Counted from the first letter of the stretch, positions 40,312 through 54,387 are shown. The stretch is 64,000 bases of DNA from Octopus vulgaris (GCA_951406725.2 OX597834.1:3038001-3102000); one strand, 5' to 3'. Made by a program: numbers and translations. Notes: generated from the sequence alone by a model not told the origin.

Positions 40312-40606
40312 CATATGTATATGTGTATGTGTGTGTGTATGTAGGTATGAACGTACGCATGCATTGTATGAATGTATCTATGTATGAACGGTTGGACTGA
40401 TGAGGGCGTATACATGCATATATATATATATATCGCATATATACGCCCGCATCCATTCATCCATGTATATATGTACGTTTGTATGCATATATGGCTATGT
40501 GACTGTATGTGTGTGTGTGTATACATACATATAAATATAGAGAGAGATATAGATATATATATACATGTATATGTATAGGTGTGTATATATATATCATCTC
40601 CAAACC

Positions 40607-40654
<48 letters not shown>

Positions 40655-40950
40655 TATATTAATTAGAGACAAAACCACTATTATGCAAATCAAACAAAGA
40701 AAGACTTAAGCCAATACATAAAAAATTTTTATATAAATTAAATATAATTAAAATATAATTAAAATTAAATTTAATTATATTTAATTTATATAAAAAAATT
40801 TTTATGTATTGGCTTAAGTCTTTCTTTGTTTGATTTGCAAAATAGTGGTTTTGTCTCTAATTAATATAATATAATATTTTACTATAAAATTGGATTCAAT
40901 CCTAAATCTGATTTTTCCCTGTAAATTTGGATTTATTCCCTAATATTTAT

Positions 40951-41003
<53 letters not shown>

Positions 41004-41115
41004 TATATATGTATATATATATGCGTATATACGTGTATATATATATGTGTGTGTGTGTGCGCGCGCGCGTACGTGTGTGAATGCATATATATGTATGCAA
41101 GTGTGTGTCGCAAAA

Positions 41116-41150
<35 letters not shown>

Positions 41151-42920
41151 AGTATCAGTAAATAAACCTGATGATCCACGCTAAATCTCATAGTTTAGCT
41201 TCACTGGAGACAATGATGAGTGGGGAGGGTCATTAGCTGCCAAATCTCAGAATCTCGGAAGTGACATATTATAGGGAACCCTGGTAAACTTTATCGATTA
41301 GTTACGCTATGTATTTATTATCGCTTACTGCATCACTCTTGTCAATTTCTGCATCGTTAACTGTACTATAGTCTAGATTTTCTTGAATGTCTTAAACACT
41401 GTGGTGGTGGTGGTGGTGGTGGTGGTGGTGGTGGTGGCAGTGGCGGTGGTGTCGTTTGCACGGTAGTGGTTGTGGAGGAAGCCATAGGCATGGTAGTGCT
41501 GGTGGTAGTGGTTGTTGTTGTTGTTGGTGGCGGTGGTGGTGGTGGTGGCGGTGGTGGTCGTGGTGGTGGTGGTGGTGGTGGAGGTGGTGGTCGTGGTCGT
41601 GGTGGTCGTGGTCGTAGTAGTGGTGGTGGTCGTGGTGGTGGTGGTGCTAGTGCTGGTGCTGGTGGTGACGGCGGCATTATTTGAAACTCTGTATTCCATC
41701 TTAACCGAGAGTAACAAATATATTAGCGGGAAAAAATCTGTTGAGAAAGGTGCAACTAGGTGATATTTCAAATTTTATCGAAACAGAAAGACCGAGTTAA
41801 TAGTTAATGCCGTCATAAAATTAAATTTATTTGTCCAGATATAAGAAAACATTTGAACCGAATTAAGTTACCGTATTTAGATTGTTGCACAGACAGAAGT
41901 TAACTAACTTACAATAGATTAACTTAACTGGAATCCTGTGATGTGCCGTCGTCGCTTTATTTTTTATCATTCGACTGTAGTGGAGTTCTCATCACCATCT
42001 CCGTTCGTCTGAGGATAACTTGCGGATATGAAACGGAGAATCGAAATGAAGTAATGCTCTCTGTATATGAGGAAACTGGCAAAGTCCTGAAGCAAAATAA
42101 TTTGCGATATACGTTCTGACTTTCTCCGCACCAAGTTCAAATCTCTCCAGAATCTTATTTACTTCAAGTAAGATTCTTCTATGGTCCTTGCAACGAGAAA
42201 AGTATTCTAAATTTTAACTCAACGAACAGATATTCTAAATAGAAAGACCGAGTTAATCACTTAATGCCGTCATGAAAATAAATCTTATTTTTTCATCCGT
42301 GATAGAACACTAGAACTAAATTAAGCAACCTAATGTAGATTGCTGCCCAGGAGCTAGACGTTAACTAAAATACAATTTAGTCGATGATATAATAAAGCAG
42401 AAATCGAGGTTGAAGGAGTCGGCAGAATTGTTGGAAGTTCGAACGGGATACACTGTGGTATTTGTTCCGGCCGTGACGGATCTGAGTTCAAATTCTATCA
42501 TGGCCTAAATGGGTGGTATGCATAATCCATCAACCGGTCTAACACCACCACCTGGTCCTTGGGTGATACTTTTATCAAGGTTCACCCAGCTGCTGTAGCG
42601 TAGTAGACAACACCCATTGCCTAGCTTAACGCCGTCATCATAGATGAATTCAACAGAGATCACTTTGTTACAAGCATTCAGGACAGATTCTCTGAATAGA
42701 GAACACCCTCAGCCTTTCATCTGAACTGTTGTAGGAGGCCCTGAAAACAAATAAGGTAATGGACGTTGCCCCCCCCCCTGACTAAGATATAAAAAAGACA
42801 GATATTCTAAGGCATTGACTTCTTTGCATTTTGTCCATTAATGTTACTTTGTAGAAAGAAACACTTCTACAATCCATGAGACTATATATGCATACACCCA
42901 CACACAGACACACGTGCACA

Positions 42921-42958
<38 letters not shown>

Positions 42959-43089
42959 TGCATGTGTGCATGCATACATACATGCATACATACATTCATA
43001 CATATGTACGTGCATATATAGACATATATATGCCTGTATAGGTAACTATATGCATATACGTATATCTATATATGTATGTGTCTGTGCCT

Positions 43090-43290
43090 CTGTTTGTCTC
43101 CTTTCATTGCTTGACGACCCGTGTTGTTGTATTACGTCCCCGTAACTTAGCGGTTTGCCAAAAACAGACCAAAAAAATGAGTTCAAGGCTTTAAAAAATA
43201 AGCACCGCAGCGAATGAAATTCAACTAAACATTCTTCCAGGCGGTGCTCCAGCATGGCCGCAGTCCTATAACTGAAACAAGTGAAAAATA
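43090..43290 (+). mobile_element. SINE-like interspersed repeat (3' part)
   Basis: GCTTGAC.ACC..AACTTAGCGGTT..GTGCTCCAGCATGG..ACTGAAACAAGT shared with 51455-51648. Confidence 0.7.
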
Positions 43291-43691
43291 AACTAGAAAA
43301 CATACATGCACACAATATACATACATATATACACACATGTGTATATGCATATATTCATGTATGCATATATATGCAAGCACTCACAAAATTATATTCCAAG
43401 ACAAACAATGGCACTTCTTTGAACACTTGACGCTATTTTAATTACCATCAATAAATAATTAATAATTCCGGCTGAAATGTAAATTAGAAATGAAAAATTT
43501 AGAAATTTAATTAAAACAATAATTTGGTTTTAAGTAAATCGTTTAAAATCTTAACCAAATCGGTAATTCTAGATGTTCATATAGGTATTAACGACTATAC
43601 ACACACACTCACAGTGTATACGTGTGTGTATATATATATATATGTGTGTGCGTATGTGTGTATATATAGACATATATATACATATATACAT

Positions 43692-43745
<54 letters not shown>

Positions 43746-43802
43746 CATATATATAAATAAATATGTATGTATATATATACATATATACATACATATGTAC
43801 AC

Positions 43803-43860
<58 letters not shown>

Positions 43861-43944
43861 CATATACATATACATAGCTATGCGTGTGTGGATACTTATA
43901 TATAGAAAAATACACACACACATACATCTGCACACATATTTATA

Positions 43945-43986
<42 letters not shown>

Positions 43987-44322
43987 AACATGCATACATA
44001 CAGACGTACGTACATAAATACACAAACTCATACATACATACACACATGCAAATGCTTGTGCAATGGCAAGCACAAAGACGGAGAAGAGAGGAGGAGGAGG
44101 AGGAGGAGGGGGGGGGAGAAGAAGAAAAACAACAACAAATGACGTGATCAAACGGTTGCATATAATCTATATGCAGCAACGTAAAGCGTGTACATACATG
44201 TATGTGTGTGTGTGCGTGTATATAATATATATACACACGCATGTATAGTATATTATAATAAAAAAATATATATATATATGTGTGTATATATATATATCAC
44301 CGTATATGTAAATATGTACACA

Positions 44323-44410
<88 letters not shown>

Positions 44411-44610
44411 CATATCCAGGCCAGTGACATCATAAGATGTCAGCTAAGCTGTACTGAAGTGTCAGTCCAACATGGCGCCCACACCAACTCACTTCCCACT
44501 AAACATGACGACATCCATTGATAAACGCGCCATTTTGGGGTTTATTATTTCATTATTTTTGCGTAGTTTTGTTTGTCTAATCAAATACCTGTGGGCAGCA
44601 GCAGCAACAC

Positions 44611-44659
<49 letters not shown>

Positions 44660-44977
44660 GGTGGTGGTGGTGGTGGTGAAAATTGTGTTGGTGACGGTGG
44701 TGGTGATGCTGGTAGTTGCTGTGGTGGTGGTGGTGCTAGTGGTAGTTGTGGTTGTGTTGGTTGAGTTGGTGGTGGCAGTGGTGATGGTCGTCGTGGCAGT
44801 GGTGATGATGGTGCTGGTGCTGGTGGTGATGGTGGTGGTGGTGGTAGAAGTAGCTATAGTGATAATGGTGTGTTTATTTTGTGTTTGTGCGTGTGTATGT
44901 GTGTGTACATAGAATAATGGACAGACAGGGCAAACGCATTTAGATAGAGCCAGATTGACAAAGAGATAGATAGATAG

Positions 44978-45012
<35 letters not shown>

Positions 45013-45200
45013 AATAGATAGAGATAGATAGAGATAGATAGAGAAAGAGACAGACAGATAGATAGATTGATAGACACAGAGAGATAGATAGCGAGAGAGA
45101 GAGAGAGAGAGAGAAAATAGATAAAGAGACAGACAGATAGATAGATTGATAGACACACAGAAAGATAAATAAATAGAGAGAGGGAGAGAGAGAGAGAAAG

Positions 45201-45270
<70 letters not shown>

Positions 45271-45667
45271 GTTTCTATACACAGGGCTGCACACAGATGG
45301 GACAAGTTAAAGTAGAGCTTTTCTTTTGGGGGATGAAAAAAACAAAAAACAAAAGAAACAAAAAAAAGAAAGAAAAGGAAAGGAACAGAAAAAGAGAAAT
45401 GAAAAAAGAAGAAAAAGGAAGAGGATAGATAGATAGACAGACAGATAAAGAGAGACAGACAGATATGTGCATATATAAATGGGTAAATAGGTAGAGAGAG
45501 AGCGATGGGTGAGATGAATAGCTGGAGAGCAAGAAAGATAAATCGGTTGATATATACATATATGCTTACATACATAAGGGAGAGTGTAGACAGCAAGATA
45601 CGGGAGAAAGAGTAAGCAAGGAGAAGACAGGGAGCTTTCAACAATTTATATCATTGCACCTACTCAA

Positions 45668-45719
<52 letters not shown>

Positions 45720-45759
45720 GTGTGTGTGTATACATACATATATATACATATATACGTAC

Positions 45760-45816
<57 letters not shown>

Positions 45817-46236
45817 TGTGTGTGTAGCTTTTTTCCTGGTGAGCCTTCTTGCACAAAATACTGTCCCCCACACACATCGCCACTTTTTTACGTATTTACA
45901 AAATAAACCTTCTTGCAGTGCAATCGTCCCAAAACACATTTCCTTGGCAGACGACCAGATATTTCAAGGGAAATATACAATGAAATATATTGTCAAATTT
46001 ATTAATTTCGAGTGGTTTTTAGCGCCATTGGTCAGAGGTCACGCTTCTTCGTTACCTATCTGTCTATTGATCTGCATATCTATCTGTCTATTAGCTTTAG
46101 CTATCTATTTGCCCGTGTATCGATTTCATTATTTATCAATCTATCAAACAATCTTCTTATCTATCAACTTACATTGCGATGCGGTCATATCACTCGTGCA
46201 TCTGCTCTCCCCCCCCCCCCCCCCCCGCCCTGCAGT

Positions 46237-46854
46237 CTCCCACCTCTCTTTTCCGCTCACCTACCACCCCACCACCTTACCTCTCCAACGCACCATTCTC
46301 CGAACTTTCGGGCATCTCCAGTCCGACCCGTCCACTTCACACATCTTCCCTAACCGACCCTCCCCTCCTTCAAACGAGCCCACAACCTACGAGACCTCTT
46401 TGTCCACAGCTTCTTCCCCAACCCTACCTCCCAACCTGGCTCGTTCCCCTGCCCCCGCCCACGCTGCTGCACTTGCCCTTACCTCTCCAACACCACTCTC
46501 CTCACCGGTATCCGTCATCGACCCCATCGCATCATCAACTCCTTCACCTGCACCTCCAGCAATATCACCTATTGCATCTCCTGCTCTCTCTGCCATTCCC
46601 TGTACATCGGAAAAACGGGACGCCGCTTGGCTGACCGGTTCGCGGAACACCTCCGAGACATCCGTCTCGGCAATGACACCCCGGTCTCACACCATTTCCA
46701 CTCCACCGATCACTCCTTGCAACACCTGTCTGTGTTCGGATTGTCCTTGCACAGAGGCCATCCGGACTCCCGTTTGCACCGTGAACAAGGATTAATCTTC
46801 TCTCTTCGCTCTTTTACGCCATTTGGACTCAACTCTCCTCCCCACTTCATCTAA
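46237..46854 (+). pseudogene. Penelope-like element 3' ORF (Neptune-like Cys linker plus GIY-YIG), one frameshift
   Basis: FPLTYHPTT..HLQSDP..IFP / SFKRAHNLRDLFVHS..PCPRPRCCTCP..FTCTSSNITYCISCSLCHSLYIGKTGRRLADRFAEHLRDI..VSHHF..REQGLIFSLRSFTPFGLN. Confidence 0.9.
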
Positions 46855-47016
46855 CCTCCTCCCCGACTCCTATTTCTCTTCACTCCTACATCTTTTCACC
46901 CCTACTCTCTTTCCCTCTTCTTTCTTACTCTCTTTCTCTCTTCTCCCTCACTCTCCTTCTCTCCTCTCTCCCCCCTCTCTCCTCCTTCTTCTCACCCAAC
47001 TCTCCTCTCTTGCCCC

Positions 47017-47295
47017 GACTCCTACTTCTCTTCACTCCTACTTCTCTTCACTCCTACTTCTCTTCACTCCTACTTCTCTTCACTCCTACTTCTCTTCACT
47101 GCTACTTCTCTTCACCCCTACACTCTTTCCCTCTTCTCTCTTACTCTCTTTCTCTCTCCTCTCTCCCCCTCTCTCCTCCTTCTTCCCACCCAACTCTCCT
47201 CTCTTGCCCCGACTCCTACTTCTCTTCACTCCTACTTCTCTTCACTCCTACTTCTCTTCACTCCTACTTCTCTTCACTGCTACTTCTCTTCACCC
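47017..47295. repeat. 16-bp minisatellite (CTCCTACTTCTCTTCA)n with higher-order duplication
   Basis: Two blocks of tandem 16-mers inside a larger duplicated pyrimidine-rich unit in the PLE 3' region. Confidence 0.85.
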
Positions 47296-48021
47296 CTACA
47301 CTCTTTCCCTCTTCTCTCTTACTCTCTTTCTCTCTTCTCTCCTACTCTCTTTCTCTCTTTCTCTCCCCTCTTTCCCTCTTCCCTCTTAATCTCTTTCTCT
47401 CTTCCTCTTTCACCCTCCCTTTCTCTCTTCTCTCTTACGCTCTTCTCGCTTACTCTCTTTCTCTTTTCTCTCCTCCTCTCTCTCCTCACTCACCCACTTT
47501 CCCCTCCCTCCATAAGCCCACCCACTCCTACACATCCCTACTCCACCTTCCCTATCCTTCCCATCCCCCATCCCATCCCCCCATCCTATCCAACACACCC
47601 TCCCCCACATACACCACCTCTACTCCCACCCTCTGCCTACCCACAAACCCCAACTCTACCCCAACCTTCAGCCGAACCCGTTCTTTCCCCACAATCGCCT
47701 CCCCCACCTCCCAACAACATCACACCACACCACACTACACCATACAACATTACACATCACATCACAACACACCACCCACACACCCATCCTCACATTTTCA
47801 CATCTAAACATACATACACGTACACGTCCAGACCACCAGCCCTCTTTCACACGCACATACATACACTCTTATACACACACGCACCTTTGTGTTGGGGGTC
47901 ATCTTTACCTTGTTATCTCCCCTACTTTCCTTCTCCGGTGTGATCCTTCTGTCCGAGTCAGACGCCATGATAGATCGTTAGCCACTACACACATTTTTTT
48001 CTCTCCTTGTTTTCTGTGTCC

Positions 48022-48057
48022 CTTTCTGTACAAGAGCGTAGGCTCGAAACGTAAAAG
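48022..48057 (+). ncRNA. Degenerate minimal hammerhead at end of Neptune-like pseudo-LTR
   Basis: CTTT-CTGTACA-AGAGC-GTAG-GCTC-GAAA-CG-TA-AAAG. Stems intact, core deviates from CUGANGA at two positions. Confidence 0.5.
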
Positions 48058-48145
48058 ACATTTTTTCTATTCCTGAGCGTTTGTTTTGTACATCACCTGT
48101 CTTCGTCTTTTGTTGTTTTTTTCGTAAACTCTCTCTCTCTCTCTT

Positions 48146-48267
<122 letters not shown>

Positions 48268-48497
48268 ATGTATAATTATATATATATATATAAATCAGAA
48301 TTGGAAAAACACAACAACAAATTGAACAATTATAATTTCAATTCAAAACAAATGACACATCTCATAAATGACAGCTGTTTCCGCTTCATTAGTAAAACGA
48401 AGTTTTTCAAGAATAATCAAATCCGTTTGAATATGTAATGATGCTTCATTAGATTGACATATCTTCATAAATATTTTACACCTAGCTAAACTGTTTA

Positions 48498-48532
<35 letters not shown>

Positions 48533-48689
48533 TGTGTGTATGTGTGTGTGTGTGTGTGTGTAATGGATTCTCTCGTCCTGAATGACAAATGAGGGTTCAG
48601 TAAAATAAAGCAATCATCGTGTTCTATGGACACGAGTGTCTCTTGAGGCCTGTTGGTGCCTTGCAAACCTTTTGGCAAATGGAACAAGT

Positions 48690-49560
48690 TGAAGACTTTA
48701 CTATGTGTTTTCTTGAGTGGCACAAAACCACAATGACAGGGAAGGTTTTCATTTAGAGGAGCAGCGTTTTGCCAGCGTGCCTTCATGCTTGCTCGAAGTT
48801 GGTTCCGAGTTTGGAGTCGACTTTGCTCAAATCATCGAAATGAGGAGAAGCAGCACTGGTGCCAGATACTGCGTTCTGATGTTTTGCTTTCCCAGGAAGA
48901 AAAGGGGATGATGCATTGCTTTAGACTGTCTTTGAAACGCAAAAATGGCCTTCTAACTGCTGTTGGGAATTGGCCAAAGAGAATTTGCTTCAGAATTCTG
49001 ATATCACTCGTACGTGAGAGATGACCTGACCCACCATTTTGGTGAGAATGGTTTTAATACCTGCTATGTTGCATTTTGTTAGTACCTTATGATTACGAAT
49101 ATGGTCCCTCGGTTTTATATTGCAAGCATCGCATATGAAAACGTCAAGCTGATTAATGTGTCTTCGGTACAGGGTCTAAGATTCAGCACCATAAAGCATA
49201 TATATAATTAAAAAGGATTATCCATATGCGTGAGAGAGCAGCGGCATAATTGACTAAATAACAGAAGTGTCTATTCTATGAGTTGATCATACCTTAACAT
49301 CTATATGTAACATATGGTATAACCGAGCCTCTATGTTCTAACTGAGCATGTGGTAGAGCACTGACGATATTTTCTACTTTTTGAGCTCCCTCCAGTATTC
49401 ACTTATCCGCTCTCCTATACTAGGTGCTGTCTCGCCAGTGTAAGTTTTTGTCTTGTTTCTGCAGTGTCCCTCAGTACACCGCATGTTATAGACTACATTC
49501 CTAATCTTACAGTTAACCTGTGGGTTCATTATAAACGTAATATATATTTTATATAGCTAA
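48690..49560 (-). pseudogene. Degenerate RTE (BovB-like) LINE 3' region
   Basis: Minus strand YGAES*TLYRRHINQLDVFHMRCL..GHLSRTSDIRILKQILFGQ..RPFLRFKDSLK..WE..FEQSR..CHCG. The 5' boundary is approximate. Confidence 0.75.
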
Positions 49561-50011
49561 ATAATATTCTTAAGGCCGTAATTTACTCACACGCAGCTCT
49601 TTTCAGGGCTTGTTGCTAATTCAATTTTTAACCAAATTGAAATCTGTTAACATTTTTAAAGAGGACTGGTCCCTAGCTACATTTTGGCATTAAAAATATT
49701 GAGGTTTGATCCAGTAGGAAAAAGTTTACATCAAAATTTCTAGCAATGTAAGTAACGCCACCAATCAAGTTTAGATCTAAATAACTTCTTTTTTATTTTA
49801 AAAGCAAAATATATTTATCTTAGCTTCAATGATAGAAGAAAGTATGGAGAACTTCATAGTTTTGTTCCCATGCAACAAAATTCTGTATCCAAAAAGTTGT
49901 GAGGTAAAATATCATGAAAAAATATATAAATAAGGCAAAAAATTGATATTAGTATAATTAACTTTTTTTATTTTAAAAACAAACTATGTTTTAATTCAGC
50001 TTAAATGATAG

Positions 50012-50214
50012 AGTTCCACGCGGATCCGGCAGAAGGTAATGGCGAACTTCTGCTGACTCCTTCGCTACAACTTTATCTCACTCTTTCCTCCTGCATCTAG
50101 CAGCTCACCTGCGACGGACTGGCGTCCCGTCCAGGTGGGTAACCTATACGCCAATGAAACCGGGGAACCGGCCCTTATGAACCGGGCATGGCTCGAGAAG
50201 GAACAAACAACAAA
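50012..50214 (+). mobile_element. SINE 3' part with V-domain-like segment
   Basis: CCTGCGACGGACTGGCGTCCCGTCCAGG resembles the V-SINE central domain (from memory); (CAA)n-like tail. Confidence 0.55.
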
Positions 50215-50542
50215 TAGAAGTAATAGCTTGTAATAACACTATTCTATTTTTAAATCTAAATATTTTATTTCAAATTTTATCCTCAGCTGCCATATTTTAA
50301 GTAAAGATTTTCTTGTTCTGTACTTTACCAGATTTAATAAGTTGTCCTGAACTTTTGCAAGTGTAATAACTTGTCCTGTAATTTTCCAGGTTTATAATCT
50401 TAAGAATATATTTCCCTTCCCCGCATTTTTCTATGTAATGTATGTGTGTGCGTATGTGTGTGTGTATGTGTGTGTGCGCGTGTGTGTGTGTGCGCGTCTG
50501 TGTGTACACACATTCATATATATGCATACATTCATACATTCA

Positions 50543-50590
<48 letters not shown>

Positions 50591-50591
50591 A

Positions 50592-50642
<51 letters not shown>

Positions 50643-51454
50643 TACATTCATATATATGTATATATACATATATTGTGTGTGTGTGTGTTATATGTTGTAT
50701 ACACATATATTATCATGTAAAAGAAAAGTAGAAAAGTTGAGGGGGTAAAGTAACAATGTCCTTGTAACTGAAGATCAAGCAAATTCAAAAGATAAATTCT
50801 TCCGCGACGAGTAAATAAAGCATGAAGTCAGGGAGTGTGGGAGGTGAATATAGATTAATTTTTCAACATGATTTCCGTGTGATTACAGCCGTTTCGTAAT
50901 TTTCATCATGTATTTCTATTAATTTCGGTAGGCAAATATATAGATATGAAAATATTTTATTCTGAAACGCATAATAATAATGCTGAGCATAAATAGGAGA
51001 GAACAGTCTTAAATTTCAGTAAAGATGTTCTATCATATTTATGCTATTCAGCATTTTTATTCTGCGTTTGAGAATAAAATACTTCCATATCTGTGTATTT
51101 CAATACATCTCAACGCTTCTAAAATAAGCAAACTTTGTTTACATATATCGTAATTTAATTATGCATACGTGTACATCAATATACATACACAGCGTTATGT
51201 AAAGCAATTACATATTCACAAACTGGTGAAAATATTTATGAAAAATGTTAACACGCACGTCTAATTTTACATACTGAAATTAATAATAATATGAAATGGA
51301 AGTTACGAAACGGCTGTAATCATATGCATGTCATATCGAAAATAACGGAAACAGGAAGAAACCCGTTGTAAATATATATATATATGTGTGTGTGTTTGTG
51401 TGTGTGTGTGTGTATGTACGTATATGTGTGTATGTGTGTATATGTTTTTGTGTC

Positions 51455-51648
51455 GGTGTTTGTTCCCCCAACATCGCTTGACAACCGATGCTGGTGTATT
51501 TACAAGCCCGAAACTTAGCGGTTCGGCAAAAGAGGCGATAGAATAAGTACTAGGCTTACAAAGAATAAGTACAGGGGTCGAATTGCTCGACTAAAAGGCA
51601 GTGCTCCAGCATGGTCACAGTCAAATGACTGAAACAAGTAAAAGAATA
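51455..51648 (+). mobile_element. SINE-like interspersed repeat (3' part)
   Basis: Homologous to 43090-43290. Confidence 0.7.
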
Positions 51649-52009
51649 AGAGAGAGAGAAGGGGGAGTGAATAAGTGAGAGAGAGAGAGAGATGTAAATA
51701 TTATATACATATATATATACACATATACATATATAAATAAATGAAAACGAAGAGGGGAATGGAGATTTATTCACATCCAAAACTTTTTAATAAAAAGATA
51801 TTCTACAGCATATATAACAATGACCAACATATGTTTCTGCTGCAGCAGCTGCACATTGCTCTGTTTACAATTATGCATCCTGGTCGCAGCAATTTCATCA
51901 AGGGTCCGTCACTTACGACGTTTTCAAAGTGAACTAATTCAAACAAGCTTCCTGCGTTGGTATTCAGTTGAAGGTGATGTGTGTGTGTGTATGTGCGTGC
52001 TTATATATC

Positions 52010-52349
52010 TGAGACCCCCTTCGGTCACGACACAGACCATGGGATTGCACCTAGAAAATTACCCTCCCATGAACAAGTCCGTGCAAGGTTATTTATGGAA
52101 GACCAGCAGTCGCCCATGCATACCAGCCTCCCCTCTCCACGCCACCGATGTTATCCAAGGGAACGGCAAAGGGGCCGATAGAGCTTGGCACCAGTGACAT
52201 CGCAACTCATTTCTACAGCTGAGTGAACTGGAGCAACGTGAAATAAAGTGTCTTGCTCAAGAACACAACACGCAGCCCGGTCCGGGATTCGAACTCACAA
52301 CCTCACGATCGTAAGCTCGACGCCCTAACCACTGAGCCATGCGCTTTCA
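52010..52349 (-). mobile_element. Full-length tRNA-derived SINE
   Basis: Minus strand GAAAGCGCATGGCTCAGTGGTTAGGG (A box), GAGTTCGAATCCC (B box), GTGTTCTTGAGCAAGACACTTTATTTC body. Confidence 0.85.
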
Positions 52350-52419
52350 TGCTTATATATAATTAGGTACATAAAGTGTGTGTACGCATAGATGTATAAA
52401 CATGTGTGTAAGTATGTAC

Positions 52420-52697
52420 GTACGTACGTATGTATGTATGTATGTATGTAGGTAGGTAGGTAGGTAGGTAGGTAGGTAGGTAGGTAGGTAGGTAGGTAGG
52501 TAGACCGGTAGGTAGGCAGGTAGGTATGTACGTAGATAGGTAGGTAGGTAGGTAGGTAGGTAGGTAGGTAGGTAGGTAGGTAGGTAGGTAGGTAGGTATG
52601 TAGGTAGGTAGGTAGGTAGGTAGTTAGGTAGGTAGGTAGGTAGGTAGGTAGGTAGGTAGGTAGGTAGGTAGGTAGGTAGGTAGGTAGGCAGGTAGGT
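52420..52697. repeat. (TAGG)n tetranucleotide array
   Basis: Directly visible. Confidence 0.95.
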
Positions 52698-52968
52698 GTA
52701 ATCTGCCGACAGACAATTCCTTATAAAGACCATAAAGAACAAAAACCTTTATATATAAAGAACAGTCGAATTCCTCATTTCACTATTAACTTCAACTCTT
52801 TATGTCAGCTAATTTTCATCTCGTATGGCCTTCCATATATATCTCTTCCAATTGGCCGTGTATAACATTCTACATTATTCTCTCCTTATTTCCCTTCTAT
52901 TTCATCTCTTTTTATCAAGCCATCTGCTGGACTTTATTGAATTATCTTACTCTCCCCTGCCTATCTAC

Positions 52969-53055
<87 letters not shown>

Positions 53056-53258
53056 GTTATCTGTCTTTTATCTATTTCTCTGTTTATATATTTATATGCC
53101 TGTGTGTGTCATTATATCTGTCTTTTTCTGCATTTATCTGTGTATATATATGCATAACAATGTGTGTGCGTGCGTGCGCGCATGTGTGTATGTGTGTCTA
53201 TATAAATGGATTGATGGATAGATATAAAAATATGGTGTCTGTGATCTATAAGCTAATC

Positions 53259-53304
<46 letters not shown>

Positions 53305-53312
53305 GTGTCTGT

Positions 53313-53346
<34 letters not shown>

Positions 53347-53451
53347 CTATATGTATATCTATCTGTATATGTGTGTTTATATACGAATATTTGTTTACAT
53401 GTAACCAATCCGACTCTTAGTTACCTCTCTCTCTCTTTCTCTCTCTCTCTT

Positions 53452-53484
<33 letters not shown>

Positions 53485-54348
53485 TTCTCTCCCTTCCTCT
53501 GTGTGTGTGTGTGAACATGCGTATGTGTATGCATATGTATATATGCACGCGTATATATGTATATATATATATGCATGTGAGTGAGTGTAAGTGTGTATCT
53601 ATGTACGCCATATACCATATCTACCCGCCTGGTTATCTAAATATGTACCTACATAAATACGTACCAGCGTATTTAGTTTGAGAGTCTATCTCCAAAGATG
53701 GCGACGCTGAAACGGTGAAAGCCGCCATTTTGATCGCTCCCAAAGAACATATGAGAGCCGAGTCTCGCCACCACCGCCGCACACACAACATACTAGATCA
53801 CCTCACAACCGACTTCGTTCACTTTACGTCACCTTTTCAATCACGTCCTCTATTACTTCAGTTCCGTTTTAGATTTTTTTTATACCATTTCTGTTCTGCA
53901 GCTTTTTATTCAGTTTCTGCTCGCTTGTCGCAACGAGAAAGAACGTATGTTGAAGAAATAAAGATGGAAAGATGATTTCGGTTTATTTCTGTTTTTGCGT
54001 CATCTTTTTTTTTTTTTTCTTGTGATTTTTATTAAGAAATTGAAAGGAAATACTGAGAAAAACAGACGTTTAATATATGGCTGTGTGGATTTATGTGTGG
54101 TTGTGTGTGTGTCTGAGCGTGTGTATGCTGGCATGCGTGTGTGCGTTCTGTGAATGTGGGTTTTATGTGTTGGAAGGGAGTATAAACATATATATATGTG
54201 TGTGTATATATCTATATACACACACATTATAAAACAAGATGTACATCTAAATGGATATATAGATATTATATGCAAATAGAGATGCATATGTATGTGTGCG
54301 TGTATGTACAATTGTATTCGAGAAGATATGTGCATACGCACACACACG

Positions 54349-54387
<39 letters not shown>

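Noticed and set aside
45722-46795. 357-aa ORF
   Set aside because: Chimera of microsatellite, unique non-coding DNA and an out-of-frame reading of the Penelope fragment; the real coding frame shifts near 46360.
47017-47295. CRISPR-like array
   Set aside because: Head-to-tail minisatellite without unique spacers, in eukaryotic DNA with no cas genes.
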